A stretch of DNA of 62,301 nucleotides, filler included. It is 8 parts of 8 records of this genome, joined end to end, with 100 filler letters (N's around TTAATTAATTAA, not from the genome) between each part and the next. Parts side by side here need not be neighbours in the genome. Positions count along the whole stretch, not along the records: positions 1 to 11,309 come from SRR7504441_1449; positions 11,410 to 26,813 come from SRR7504441_1457; 6 more parts are not named here. The stretch is one strand, 5' to 3'. Positions 1 through 12,248 of this stretch are shown here, one piece after another. A program made the translations under genes and the position numbers. The notes below the pieces were generated by a model. That model saw nothing but the letters and a program-made list of their open reading frames with translations. It searched no databases and was not told where the DNA came from. Positions within the stretch are counted from its first letter, which is position 1, and each line of letters starts with the position of its first letter.

Positions 1-1525
1 CTCCTCCTCCTCCTCCTCCTCGTCGTCGTCGTCCTCGTCCTCATCGTCCTCGTCGTCCTCGTCCTCGCCAGGCTTGAGCGTATACTCCACCGCCACATCT
101 AGCCGCGGCCCTGCCCTCGGCTCACCCTCACCAGCAGCGCTCTCACCCGGTGCGTCATGGCTCACCAGCTTGACAAACCTGGTGAGTCCAGGCTCGCGCA
201 GCACCAGCGCCAGCGTGTTGGGCGCCGGAAGCACCGTCACCAGGTCAGCCGCATCGTCTTGGCTGGCCGGACCGATCGGCAAGGCACAGGCTGCGCGACT
301 CGCCTCTGATCGGCCGGCTCAGCGTAGTTGACAAACCCACCGTGATGCTGCTCCCACGGCTGGTCGACGCAGCAGAGCATCAGGTCGAGTCCCTCCTGCT
401 GGAGCACCGCCTCGCTGTCGTGCACCAGCGTATACCCCTTACCCGGCAGGAACCGCCTGCACTCGACAGCAGCACGGCCCTCGTGCTCGCCTGCATGGCT
501 GAGCGCCTCCCTCACTCGCGCAAACTGCGCCGGGAGCAAAAACCGCTGCAGCTCTATGCACCACTCGCGTCGGAACCGTTTCCGGATCTGGGCGGTGGCG
601 GCCGGGCTGGTGTACTCTGGGTTGATCCACTGGCTCAGGCTCTGGTTTGCTGAGCCGCCGAGCGGGCGCGTGGCTCGCATCGGGTCAACTGGTGCGGGAG
701 GCATCTCGAGTGGCGGCCCGTGGAACCACCCTGCCCGGTATGAGGGCCAGCAGGCAGGCGAGCAGGCACCCGAGACCGAGAGCCGGGCGCCGTTCCCGAG
801 CCCGCGGTCTGTGGTCACCTCTGACACTTGATGCCAGGACAGGCGCGAGACCTCAAAGAAGACAAGCGAGTTCCGCCGCTGCCGGCTCGCTCAGCCGCGC
901 GGCCTGCCCGGCCCACCGGAGTGATGGACTTGGCCACTACTGTGGGCAGTCCCCTCGGGTCGGTGTGGAACAACTCGAGCTGGCCGCCCTCGCTGCCGCT
1001 CCAGTCGTCGGGCACCTGCCCGCGCTGCCGGCGGCCGGCCGCCCGACTGGACCAGGTAAAGAATGTACGCGATCCTCCGGCCGGGCAGCTGGTCGTCGTG
1101 GCAGAGCAGGTGGCTGCCGGCCTGGTACACCGCTGCCGACATGTCCACCGTCTGGTCCAACTCGATGCCCGTCGCTCGGCTGAGCAACCGGCGCATCGAC
1201 TCGCCGTACAGAGCCTCCCGAGCCGCCCCCACCGCGTCCCCGGAGCTGCCGCCCGAGTCGGGCGGGCCTGCGGGCCGGGCAGACCAGCTGGCCAGGTCGT
1301 CTTTGGTCTGCATGTACTGGTAGAGGTCATTCTCACGCTCGAGGTACTTTAGCTGTAGCAGCTCGCGCTCCAGCCGGTCCGCCAGCCCCGGGGCCAGGAA
1401 ATTATCAATCTGACCTAGACACTCCGGCCCACACCCAGCCACCCCCTACTTGCGCGTGCCGGAAGGGCCTACCGGTTGGTACCGGCCGCGAACTCGGCGG
1501 CGATCGCCTCGAGAACTTGCTCCAT
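1..1525 (-). CDS. OGFOD1: Prolyl 3-hydroxylase OGFOD1/Tpa1-like 2OG-Fe(II) oxygenase, multi-exon, 3' end runs off the window
   Basis: Joined exons give MEQVLEAIAA..PFRHAQ/IDNFL..ENDLYQYMQTKDDL..YQAGSHLLCHDD..RRIAYILYLV/PDDWSGSEGGQLELF..WHQVSEV..RLSVSGWFHG, then a second domain (CRRFLPGKGYTLVHD, PAPNTLALVLREPG) and an acidic D/E tail at 1-70. The HxD...H...RxS motif set is present. ATG at 1525. Confidence 0.9.
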
Positions 1526-1656
1526 TTTATTGCGATTTTTTTTTGTTGGCGTTTGCCGGTGGTCTCCGGGGCGCACATTGATTGAGGAGCCTGCCCACCC
1601 GCCTGCCTCCGGAGCGAAGCCCAGCAGCGGCCTCGCCCCCGAGCGCGCGAGCGGTC

Positions 1657-3773
1657 ATGTTCCGCGATATATTCAAGGATGCGAGCCCCGACCCTGTCTT
1701 GGACAAGTACACCCAGCGGCTCCAGCTGGTGCCTCCCGAACCAGCCCCTGGGCTAACCGTCGGCCAGTTGCACACCGGCGTCGCTGGGGCGGCCGTCCAC
1801 GCAGAGAAGGCGGGGTGGCGGCTGGTGGCTGGCCGAGCCGGCGGGCGCAGGTGGCCCACCACCTGCAGGAGGCCTGCAACGAGCAGAAGGCCATGGTGAC
1901 CCGGGCCGGGGGCGGGGTGCGAGCTGAGCTCAGGTGGAGAGCATGATGTCGGTGTGGAACAACGAGCCCCCCGAGTGCGACATCGAGGGCAAAGTCAACG
2001 ATGCGTACGGCGCGATGGCCTCGGAAATTCCGGAGAAGATGTTCCCTGTGCTCAAGGTCAGCTACCGGCCGGCTCCGGGGCCAGCGGCCGGGCAGGAGCA
2101 CATTTTCGCCCCGCTAAATGACTGGGCCGGCCAGCTGGAGGTGCTGCGGAAGTCGGTCAAGGTGGGCAGGCCGGTGTTGGCCTGGCAAGTCGCTGGTGGC
2201 AGGAGACAATTGATCCACGGAAGGAGCTCGACCACTACTCTACAAAACTGGAAGGCCTGCGCGATGAGTCTATTGCCAGGCGTACCAAGGGCAGACAGGA
2301 CTCGGACAAGGACAAAGAGAAACTCACGCGGAATGAAGGCAACAGCCCTGGTCGCTGCAGGTGAGACGGTCTGGGCAGAGAAGTTGAGGAATGCGCAACA
2401 TAAATACGAGGAGGTTCGGACGAGGGTGACCACGGGGATCAACGAGGCGATCATGTCGTCCAAGGACACGCTCAACCAGCACATGAAGCGCGTGCTTCAG
2501 TTCACGCAGGCATTCTATACGAAGGTGGGGCATGGCCTGGTCGACCGATGCTGAGTCGGCGGCAGGCGTACCAGGCGGTGGGACCACCGTTAGACGAGCC
2601 GCTCCGGCAGATCAACGAACTGATCAAATACCCCCCAAAGTGCCCGCGTTGGGTTGCCCGCCGCCCTGACCGCATGGCAGACGCACGCCGATTCAGGTGG
2701 ATGAGCCGGATAAACTGCAGGCTGCCGCAGCCACCGCAGCCACCGCAGCCACCGCTGCGGTCGCCGCAGGGCAACAGGCAGTAGCCACCGCTGCAGCGCC
2801 GCAGGGCGAGGGCAAAGCTAACCCTTGGGCGAATGCGCTCAAGCCGCAGCCGGTTGCACAGACGGCATTGGAGGTTGCAGTGCCGGCTGCGGCTGCCGGG
2901 CAGGCAGTCGCTCAAGGCTTAGCTGTGGCCTCGGCCTCTGGCGCTGCAGTAGTGGCTCAGGGCCAGCAACAGATGCAGGAGCAGCAGATGCAGATGCAAC
3001 AGATGCAGCACCAGATGCAAATGCAGCAGCAACAGCAAGAGCTTGAAAAGCAGAAACAGGAGCTGGAGAAACAGAAGCAGCAGATGGAGATGCAGCGCCA
3101 GCAGCAAGAGCTCCAGCAGCAGGCAGCCGAGCTCCAGCGACAGCAACAAGCGCTCCAGCAGCAGAAGCAACTGGTGGTGGTGCAGCAACCTTCGCCGCAG
3201 CAACCCCCGCCGCAGCAACCGGCTCCAGTAGCAGACCCTACCCCGTTTGCTGGATTCGGAGGGGCGGACCCGTTTGCCAGTGGACCTTTCGCCCAGGCCC
3301 CACCAGCGCCGCAGCCCACACTCGGAGGCAAGCCAATGAGTCAGTTCCCTGCTCAGCAGTCGCAGCCGCCCCCGGCATGGACGGCTCCACCGGCGGCTCA
3401 GATGCCGCCACCTGCTCCGTTCGGGGGGACAAGCGGCTACGGCGGGGCAACGATCGACTTCACGGCGATGAAGGCGGCGAGGCAGTCGGCTAACCCAATT
3501 GGAACGGCTCCTGTCAAGAGTCCCCCGACCACAGCACAGAACCCCTTCGGAGCGATGACCGGAGGGATGATGGCCGCGCAGCCGGTGCAGCCGGCAGTGA
3601 ACAACACCCCTCGACCGATGGCCACCCCTCGACCGATGGCTGTGAACGCGCCGATGGCCCCAGCTGGATCCAACTCCTCCGACCCGTTCGCAGCGCCAGC
3701 TGGATCCAACTCGTCCGGAGCAACGGCTTCCCAGCCGGCGAGTAGCGGCGAGTTCGACCCGTTTGCTCCCTAG
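1657..3773 (+). CDS. BAR-domain protein with Q/P-rich tail and NPF/DPF motifs (amphiphysin/Rvs167-like endocytic adaptor), multi-exon
   Basis: Short exons join into a helical region (..ELDHYSTKLEGLR..KDKEKLTRNEEKLRNAQHKYEE..QFTQAFYTK) typical of N-BAR helices. The last long exon has a poly-Q coiled coil and DPFA, NPFG, DPFAAP, DPFAP* motifs. Confidence 0.7.
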
Positions 3774-4128
3774 CCGGGCCCCAATATGCCCGTGGGGGAC
3801 AGATTGGACTCAGGACCTCGTGACCATGCGCTGCAAACGGGTCTGAGAACGGATAGCTGCTCGGGGTTGCTGGTAGCTGCTGGGCTATCGTACTCGTACT
3901 GAGTTTGTAAGTACGAGTGCTCACAGTTGAGAGAAATTTGAAATAAAGCTACTAGTAAGTTTACGAGTGTCTCCTGTACTTTTCAATTAGATATGAGTAG
4001 ATGCATGTGTTGTATCGAGTAGTATCGAGCGCTAAATGCATCGCAAAAGCTCGTAAAACAATCACCTCATGCTCGGTGGTCACTCGGCTGCTAGGACCTA
4101 GCAACGCGATGAAATGATCGCAGCCTGG

Positions 4129-4704
4129 TCACCCGCGTCTGCCCTTGTCGTAGTATTTGAGCAGCTGCGGGAATCCTCCGATCGGGTTGATGCACGGCCT
4201 GCGACCACAGTAAGCCTCGGCTTGGTCCGCGTGGCACCTGGCCGCCTTGGCTCGCCGGATTGCCTCGACCATCTCGAGTCCGCCGAAATGCATCAGGCAC
4301 AGGATCCCGCTCGTGCCCGCCCGGTGCGCCCCGGCCAGGCAGTGCACCAGCACGTTGTGCCCCGCGGCCAGGGCCCCGCCCACAAATTCAAACAGCGGCT
4401 GTACGAACCGCACTGCCTCCTCCGGCGAGTGCACCGCGCTGTAGTGCCCGGTGATGTTGTAGCGCAAGTACTCGATCAGCCCGGAGCCCTCGTGGTAGAG
4501 CGGCATGTCTGCGGTGCAGTTGACTACGTGGGTAATGTTGTGTTCCTGCAGGGTGGCCAGGTTGCTCGCCGCCGATTGCGACCCGACAAACATGATCCCG
4601 CCCGAGCTCGGGTGGCGCATCAGCGCGTCCAGGTCGTTCCAGCGGCCCGAGCTGGTCACCTTGAGACCCTCGGTGTCGTAGAACGCCTCCGAGTGCCCCG
4701 CCAT
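4129..4704 (-). CDS. Atypical dual-specificity protein phosphatase
   Basis: MFVGSQSAASN..ITHVVNC..VLVHCLAGAHRAGT (HCxxGxxR loop)..RPCINP. One in-frame 39-nt GT-AG intron near the 3' end. Confidence 0.92.
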   Translation of the reverse strand: MAGHSEAFYDTEGLKVTSSGRWNDLDALMRHPSSGGIMFVGSQSAASNLATLQEHNITHVVNCTADMPLYHEGSGLIEYLRYNITGHYSAVHSPEEAVRFVQPLFEFVGGALAAGHNVLVHCLAGAHRAGTSGILCLMHFGGLEMVEAIRRAKAARCHADQAEAYCGRRPCINPIGGFPQLLKYYDKGRRG

Positions 4705-4751
4705 ATCGTCCGAGGCTCAAAATTGCTGGCCAAAATTCATAACGGACATAC

Positions 4752-6435
4752 ATGTCGACGATTAGATGCATCGTCGGGTTGGCGCTGCTCGCTCTGGCCG
4801 CTGCCGACGACAACGGCCTGGCGCTGACGCCACCGCTCGGCTGGCGCTCTTTCAATGCGTTCTGGGGCATCGTGTCTCAGGAGAAGATGGAGGGGATCAT
4901 GGACGCGATGGCCGACCGGAGCCGGCTCGTGGGCGGCAAGCCGAGCTCGCTGCTCGACCTAGGCTACGACAGGGTGGGACTGGACGGCGGCTGGAACTAT
5001 TGCTACCCCAACAATCGGACCTTCCACCAGGTGTTGCTCGTCATAGAATGCTAACTACAACATTAAGTGTCATTGTGTGTAGGCCGACGGCACACCGGTC
5101 TGGTGCGACTGGGCCAAGGGGAGGCCGTGTCAGGGCAACGTGTCGTTCCCAGACCCGGCCGGGATGGTTGCCAAAGCCAAGCGGCTCGGGCTCAAGCCGG
5201 GCTGGTACCTGAACAACTGCGGGTGCAACGAACACCAATTCCAAGGCGAGATGGTGACTACGATCATGGAGGGCTCGGTCAGGGCGCTGGTGCAGATGGG
5301 CTGGGAAGGGCTCAAACTGGACAGCTGCAGCCAGTTCAACAACCTGAGCTGGTGGAACCGGCTGATCAACCAGAGCTCGCCCGTGCCAGTGCTGCTGGAG
5401 AACTGCCACCAAGGCGGGTTTGCGCCAGGCATGGTCCAGTGGCAAACCTACACCCGGAACGGGTCTTCGGGCTACACGCATCAACTCGGATACTTCTCGG
5501 CCGGACATGATTTGATACCACCGCTGGTGAACAGCTCCTACACGGCGTGTAAGGCCGCCTGCGACAAGGCGGCGGGCTGCGGCGGCATCTGCTTCGAGAG
5601 CGATCAGCCGCAGCCGGCAGCTGTGGACTTGTGCTACGTAAAGGCGGCGAACGCCCACTTCTCGCCCGCCGACCTGTCGAGCAGCAACCACTGCACCGGC
5701 ACCACGGCCATCTCAGATTGTCCGTACAACATCTACAGGACGAGCGGCGACATCGGAACCTACTGGGATCGAGTTCTTTCCAATCTCGGCAGCACAGTGC
5801 CCTTCCTCGGCGACAGCCAGCACCCGGTCCCGCGGTCTCGGCCAGGCGCCTGTGAGTGGCCAGCTGGGCGCGTCTGACCGTGTGGCGCAGGGGCGTACCC
5901 GGATATGCTCGAAGTAGGAAGACTGCGGAACTTTTCCGAGAGTCGGACCCACTTTGCGGCCTGGGCGATTATGAGCAGCCCGTTGATCCTTTCATTCGAC
6001 CTGAGAGTGCCCGAGCTGGTCAGCCAGATGTGGCCTATTATCACCAACAGGGACCTGATTCGAGTCAACCAGCAATGGGCTGGATCGCCCGGAGAGCGGC
6101 TCGGATACACTGGGGCTGTCAATGGTAATTTGGGGAACTCGAGCCAGACTTGGGCCAAGCGGCTCGGCAACCGGTCGCACGCGGTGCTGTTCATGTCAAC
6201 CGGCCCAGAACCGGCCTCGTTCTCGTTGCCGTTTGGCAACATTTCAAGCGAGCTCTCGGAGGTGTTGGTGTGCATCCGGGACTTGTACACCAAGCGGGAG
6301 TCGGGGCCTGTGGACCCAAAGACCGCCCGGCTGCAAGCCACTGTGCTGCCTCACGACAGTGCAGCTTATTGCATTCGGCCAGCTGTGGCAGGCGGGTGCG
6401 CGTCGTACTTCAATTGTCCTTCATTCCCTGCCTGA
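4752..6435 (+). CDS. Secreted/lysosomal glycoside hydrolase family 27 (alpha-galactosidase/alpha-NAGAL-like), multi-exon
   Basis: Signal peptide, then DNGLALTPPLGWRSFN, LDGGW, LKLDSC (nucleophile Asp), RTSGDI (acid/base Asp), AYPDMLEVG and RTHFAAWAIMSSPLIL. Two short introns at about 5030-5082 and 5850-5890. Confidence 0.93.
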
Positions 6436-6728
6436 AATTACTGCGCTAGAATTAATCAGTGTAATACTTGCCAACGTCTTGTTTCGTGACATGTTTTTTT
6501 AAACTTCATTCGAATGAATCTACTGTACCGGTGTGTAAATCTACGCCGTTGGAGAAAATCTATAGTACGAGAGTGGTCTACCAGTGGTCCCTTCCTTTCC
6601 TTAGGTACGGTACCTTTCCTAGAGAATTATTTTCAAAATTGTGCATTCACGTGGTTGAGAAGGCCCGGCGTTCGGACTCTAGTACCGTTACGCCTATAAT
6701 AAAATCGGCCCGACGTACGTACCAACCA

Positions 6729-8552
6729 ATGGCTCCAACTGTCCAGTTGCCCGTAGTCGCCGCAGGGCTAGCTCTTTGGATGACCGCAGCCGCAAGCAGC
6801 AGCAGCAGGGAGCCTGAGTGGCCGGAGATTTGGCCAGCAAGAACCCCTCGACGGGCGAGCGACAGGACTTGGCGGGAGGCGCGACTGGCCGATGTCGTGG
6901 TCCCGGAGCTCCCAGAGTATGAGGCAGTCGAGCTGGCGATGTCGATACCTTGCACAAACGACACCGACTGCTTGACGGCCTGCATCGCCGCCGGCTCGAC
7001 GTGTCCTGTCGACCCGGCTTCGCTCTACTGCTCCGGAGGAACATGCGCCATGACCAGCAACTCGACCAGCGGCGGCTGCATCAGCTACGCCGGCGACTGG
7101 AACCCCACCTTGTCGAGCATGACGCTCGCGCCGGACCAGGACGCCGAGACCCCGCACACCTCGCTGGGCAACTGGAGCGAGTCGAGCTATGTGGAGGCTG
7201 TGCTCGAGGGGGTGCGGGCGGCACAAAAGTTCCTAGGCAAAGTGAGCCCATTCGAGATGATCTACTTTATCGCCCCGGGCGGGGTGGGTGACGCGGAGTA
7301 CCAGGCGGCGCTGGACGAGCTGGTCAACCTCACTGGTTCAGATAGCTCCAACCCAATCATGCAGTACAACGACTTGGTTGATAAGTCGAAGGCTGAGTCG
7401 GATGCTGGGCAGGCAGGGCTCTGGGCGGTTGAGGAGGACCTAAAATGCACGGTTGGGTGTGCCCGGGCCTTTCAGATGGCATTTCTTGGATTTTATCCAG
7501 GATACGGCTACGAATCCCGGATCCAGCAGAATGGTAACAGCGACAACCTGGAGCTCGGAGTACATGAATATACGCATGTTTTCCAGGCCTCGATTGGGCA
7601 AGTGCCAACGTGGCTGTGGGAGGGCGGGGCCAATCACGTGGCGTGCCTGCTGGCAGATTATCTGCAGAGCTACGACCAAGGGGTGTACTCGAGCCGCTAC
7701 CACGCGTGCATGGCAGGTGAGCTGAATCAGTGTCAAGAGGCATTTGTGCTCTACCCGAATATGTCCCTAGCCGACTGCGAGAATAGCATATCGCCCGAGT
7801 ATGATGACAGAGACGCTACGATTCTCGGTGCCCAATCTCAACTCTCGAACACGCTGTGCTATAGCACAGGGATGTGGGCCACGGCTTATGCTATCCATGT
7901 GGCCAACGGCAGCTCAACTGCTTTCTGGCAAGCCGAGACGATTCAAGACGGTGGGTTCTGGCGTGCTGTGGCTCCGTCTGCCGAGGGCTGGGCGGCAGAC
8001 CCGGCACGGTATGGCGTCGTGGATGGATTTGACTATACACAGACTGCCACCTGGGTGACCTCGTTGCTCGAGTATACAAACATTGGCAGCATCGAAGAGT
8101 TTTATTCGCAATTCGACGACTGGATGCGCACTACAAACCAAACGATCCAAATGGCAATCCTGGACGATGGCATCGGTACAGTGTTTGACAGTTATAGCGC
8201 CTCGCAAGGCAAGCTGAATCACTCCCAGTGCAGTGTCGAGACTGTGGCTCCGACTGCAAGCCCAAGTGACTCACCTACCACCGAAGCCCCAACAACCCAA
8301 GCTCCAACCACTGAGGCTCCCACCGCCGAGGCTCCCACCACTGAGGCTCCCACCACCGAGGCTCCCACCACCGAGGCTCCAACCACTGAGGCTCCAACCA
8401 CTGAGGCTCCCACAACAGAAGCTCCCACCACCGAGTCGCCTACCAACGCACCAAGCTTCAGTCCCAGTAACAGCCCGAGTGCGACACCGTTTGCCCCGAA
8501 GATTATAGTCAAAAAGAAACTCGTTGATGAACATCTCAACCCAAGCATATAG
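6729..8552 (+). CDS. Secreted zinc-metallopeptidase-like (gluzincin HExxH) protein with C-terminal PTTEA mucin-like stalk, intronless
   Basis: ATG 6729, MAPTVQLPVVAAGLALWMTAAA signal-like segment, Cys-rich N-terminal module, GVHEYTHVFQ...PTWLWEGGA, then (APTTE)n repeats. One uninterrupted ORF. Confidence 0.7.
   Translation: MAPTVQLPVVAAGLALWMTAAASSSSREPEWPEIWPARTPRRASDRTWREARLADVVVPELPEYEAVELAMSIPCTNDTDCLTACIAAGSTCPVDPASLYCSGGTCAMTSNSTSGGCISYAGDWNPTLSSMTLAPDQDAETPHTSLGNWSESSYVEAVLEGVRAAQKFLGKVSPFEMIYFIAPGGVGDAEYQAALDELVNLTGSDSSNPIMQYNDLVDKSKAESDAGQAGLWAVEEDLKCTVGCARAFQMAFLGFYPGYGYESRIQQNGNSDNLELGVHEYTHVFQASIGQVPTWLWEGGANHVACLLADYLQSYDQGVYSSRYHACMAGELNQCQEAFVLYPNMSLADCENSISPEYDDRDATILGAQSQLSNTLCYSTGMWATAYAIHVANGSSTAFWQAETIQDGGFWRAVAPSAEGWAADPARYGVVDGFDYTQTATWVTSLLEYTNIGSIEEFYSQFDDWMRTTNQTIQMAILDDGIGTVFDSYSASQGKLNHSQCSVETVAPTASPSDSPTTEAPTTQAPTTEAPTAEAPTTEAPTTEAPTTEAPTTEAPTTEAPTTEAPTTESPTNAPSFSPSNSPSATPFAPKIIVKKKLVDEHLNPSI
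8276..8437 (+). repeat. Coding 15-nt tandem repeat (about 11 units) encoding PTTEA
   Basis: Successive ACYGAGGCTCCMACC-like units are directly visible. Confidence 0.95.
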
Positions 8553-9115
8553 AATGATCTACATGTGCTTAGATTAATAGTACGCTAGTCCGCTAGTCTA
8601 ATTATAAGAGCCCATTTCAGTGCACGTGATTGATTTTAGCAACTAAACTGAGTGATATCAGTATCAGCTTCAATTGTCGAGTTGTATTTTAATTAATTGC
8701 CTACACGATTGTAAACCCGGTTCAGTCATCTGGTCGACTGTCCGTCCAACACCGCCGGCTACAGACACATCGCTTGCCCCTTCAAATCCTCGCGTTGTAT
8801 ACGCGTTGTACATGTACGCCATATTCCAGTCCGCCGCCACCCGACCGGGCCTGCTGAGCCGGCTGGGGCAGGTTTGTATTCTTCACTCGGACTGTCTCGT
8901 CGTTCTGGGGTAAAGCGACTTTCTGGACGCGGCTGTGCGGGATTCTGGCAGCGGCGTTGCTCAATCTGGGAGGTAACACATACAACCTGGTGGAAATGAT
9001 GACGGGCGACGGGTGGGCCAACAAGGTGGACGACTGCTCCAGTCCACCCAGAAAGTCACACTGGGCTGCAGTATGTCTGCACCAGTGCGTCAGACCAAGA
9101 CAGCGGGGACGACAC

Positions 9116-9572
9116 CTCGGATGGGAATCATTTTGGCATAGATCACAGCCAAAATAAAAGCAAACATCAAGGCCAGATAGCAAAGATACAGAAGAGCTTT
9201 GAGCACAGAGCCCCCTATTGTACCGCCATAGGCGCTCCGTATGATGAAATTCCCTTGCGCAACAATTCGGCGAGTCTGGAAGAGCCGGAACAGCATCAGA
9301 CCGTTGATATCGCCCAATTTGCGGGCGTAGACGCCTAGCGAGTGACTCCAATACACCCGGTATGCCAAGAAGTGCTGCCAAAGAGTTGCCCACTGGCCTT
9401 TTGCATTGGTTCGGTCTCTATATCGGGTAACCGTTTCGTCCAGGTCAGCCTCATTATCGTAGTGCGGTGGGATGGCGCATATCTGGTATGCAGAGTAGAA
9501 CAAGGAGATTAGCACCACCAGCAAGGCCAACTCCTCCAGTATCAGCACGGTCCCAAGAATGGTATAATCCCA
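9116..9572 (-). CDS. Internal exon of a hypothetical multi-pass membrane protein (gene probably spans about 8700-10180, other exons unresolved)
   Basis: Open frame flanked by a CAG acceptor and a GT donor, with two hydrophobic segments (LILEELALLVVLISLFYSAY; LLYLCYLALMFAFILAVIYA). Family not recognised. Confidence 0.4.
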
Positions 9573-10702
9573 CTGATTATACCCAGAGGTTTATCTTCAT
9601 CTCCTTTTGGAACAACATTCGAGCTCTAGCCAACAGTGAAGACGATGTAGTCGAACTGCTCCAGTATATCCTCTCTGGCCATTTCATGGTGCCGCTCAGC
9701 TAGCCATGTACTCACTGCTTTGGCACAGCCTTATCATGGGAAGGATGTGGAAACAGCCGACGGGTTTCAGGATTTGTACATTCTTGCAGCTGCTGTCACC
9801 ACCGATGTCCTGAGTGCTGTTTGGGCCCGTGTACGGTGAGCGGCTGCACTAGAGACGCAATCATCTGTGCACTGGCGCATCGGGTGGATAGATTGAAATG
9901 TTCGGACTTTAACTGGAAGTCGCAGAGCTTGCTCAATTAATATTGAGCGGCAAAACGTCATGAGTCGCACTAATCGCACTAATCGTTTGATTCTGCACAG
10001 CCCCCCGAGGCAACGCTCGGCACGTGTCCCGACAGCACGGCCATCGCCAGCTTACCGTCCGCCGACAACGCCAATACAGCGCGCAGCTTGGGTCGCAGCC
10101 CTCGACACAACATGTCGGGTCGAGGGTCGCGAGGGTTGTCGATCCGAAGATTCGGATGGTCTTGGTAGTGGCGCTTGCCATTACGGCTCAGGCGGACAGG
10201 GTCGGACATGTACTAGGCTTTGGACAACCCAACTACACCGCTGCCAGAGCCACGATTGGCATGGATTGGCCTGCAATTTACACTTACGTATACTGTACAA
10301 TCATCTCGGGTGAGTCTTGAGCACAAAAACTGTATAAACCATGCGGTACGGTACGCGGGGCAATTATTATTACAAGTAAGTAGTTCATTAATTAGTAATA
10401 ATAACCATTGAATCTCGAGGTATCAAGGTATCTAATTATTATTATTAATTAATAATACTTGTAATTATGTAACTTAGATTATCCAATTTAGTACATGTGA
10501 TTCCCTTTTCTATGATTATATGTGGATCGTACCACTGCTATGCAGATCGTCACACAAGTGCGATTGCCCTACGTTGAGTTTGAGCCTTAAGTACTTCTCG
10601 TCTCTCCTCCCCCACAGACCCACCACCTCCGTAGAATCTTGCTGATCAGCCTGAATAGCGTGGTCCTCAAGCCTACTTAATGTCCCGCGTATGATAACGC
10701 TC

Positions 10703-11247
<545 letters not shown>

Positions 11248-11309
11248 CTGCGAGCGGGCGGTGAGCTCTCGGTGACGCGTAGGCTGGCGGGCCGGGCCGG
11301 GGGGGGGGG

Positions 11310-11409
11310 NNNNNNNNNNNNNNNNNNNNNNNNNNNNNNNNNNNNNNNNNNNNTTAATTAATTAANNNNNNNNNNNNNNNNNNNNNNNNNNNNNNNNNNN
11401 NNNNNNNNN
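11310..11409. other. Artificial contig-joining spacer N44-TTAATTAATTAA-N44
   Basis: Exactly 100 nt with a six-frame stop linker, identical at all seven junctions. Confidence 0.99.
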
Positions 11410-12016
11410 GGGGGGGGGGGCACCTTGCGGGCAATCAGCGAGATCTGGTCCAGTCCCTGCTTGGTGAGCCGGTGCTTGTCGTGCATCTCCTTCAGGTGAC
11501 GGACCTGCCCAGCCGCCTCGGCCAGCCCCCCGCGCCCCGCCCCACCTCCTTGTACAGCGACGGGTCCCGCGCCTTGAGCTCGGCCGTGTCTGCCGCCGCG
11601 GTCAGCCCCGCCGGTGTCTGCCCGGACCGGCATCTGTCGATATGGCCGAGTACAGCTGCTTGACCCGGCCGACAGTGGCCCGGGACCTGGGCGACACCTC
11701 CGCCAGCTCCAGCTGGTCCAGCAGCTCCGCCTTGGCCTCCGGAGACAGGGTGGACAGATGCGCTGCGCGAGTTGCCGCCATCAGATGTGGCGGTTGTGCG
11801 ACGGGATCACCAGCTGATTCCGGACTGATGCTGGTTGATGACTTGATCCGCTAAACATTGGATCGAGAGCTAATCGAGAGCCCGACGTGCGCTTGGCCCC
11901 AACTCAACGCGTGACCTGGGGTGGCCGAGGCTGGGGCCTCTTGTTGCGGGCAACACACTGGCCGAATCGCTGATGTCCAGACCGGTAAGCTTGATCCGCC
12001 GAGGCCTGAGGGCATC
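11410..12016 (-). CDS. 5' part of a hypothetical multi-exon gene, truncated by the contig end
   Basis: Short exons bounded by GT/AG (e.g. HLSTLSPEAKAELLDQLELAE; VRHLKEMHDKHRLTKQGLDQISLIARK). Start uncertain, no family recognised. Confidence 0.35.
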
Positions 12017-12248
12017 GCTTCGAATTCGTCTCACTTCGCCACCGGCCACGACCCCGCCCACCGCATGCTTGCGCGCGCAGCCAACCAAAGATCTGCCGGA
12101 CCTTGAGCGCTTGCGATGGCGCTATGCTGCCTCGCTACCTCTCCGCACAATCAGCCGGCGTGTGCAGCTGAGCCGTCAGTACACAACGAGCAGCATAAAT
12201 TGTGGACTTCAGGGCTGCAATCTCTTGCAGGCCAGGATCGCATCTGGG

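Noticed and set aside
2957-3331. Cys-rich minus-strand ORF resembling a metallothionein
   Set aside because: It is the antisense reading of the CAG-rich poly-Q region of the BAR-domain gene.
8276-8437. Tandem repeats as a CRISPR-like array
   Set aside because: There are no unique spacers; it is an in-frame 15-nt coding repeat in a eukaryotic gene.
11310-11409. Recurring TTAATTAATTAA palindrome between N runs as a biological repeat
   Set aside because: It is an identical 100-nt construct at all seven gaps with stops in six frames, i.e. a concatenation linker.
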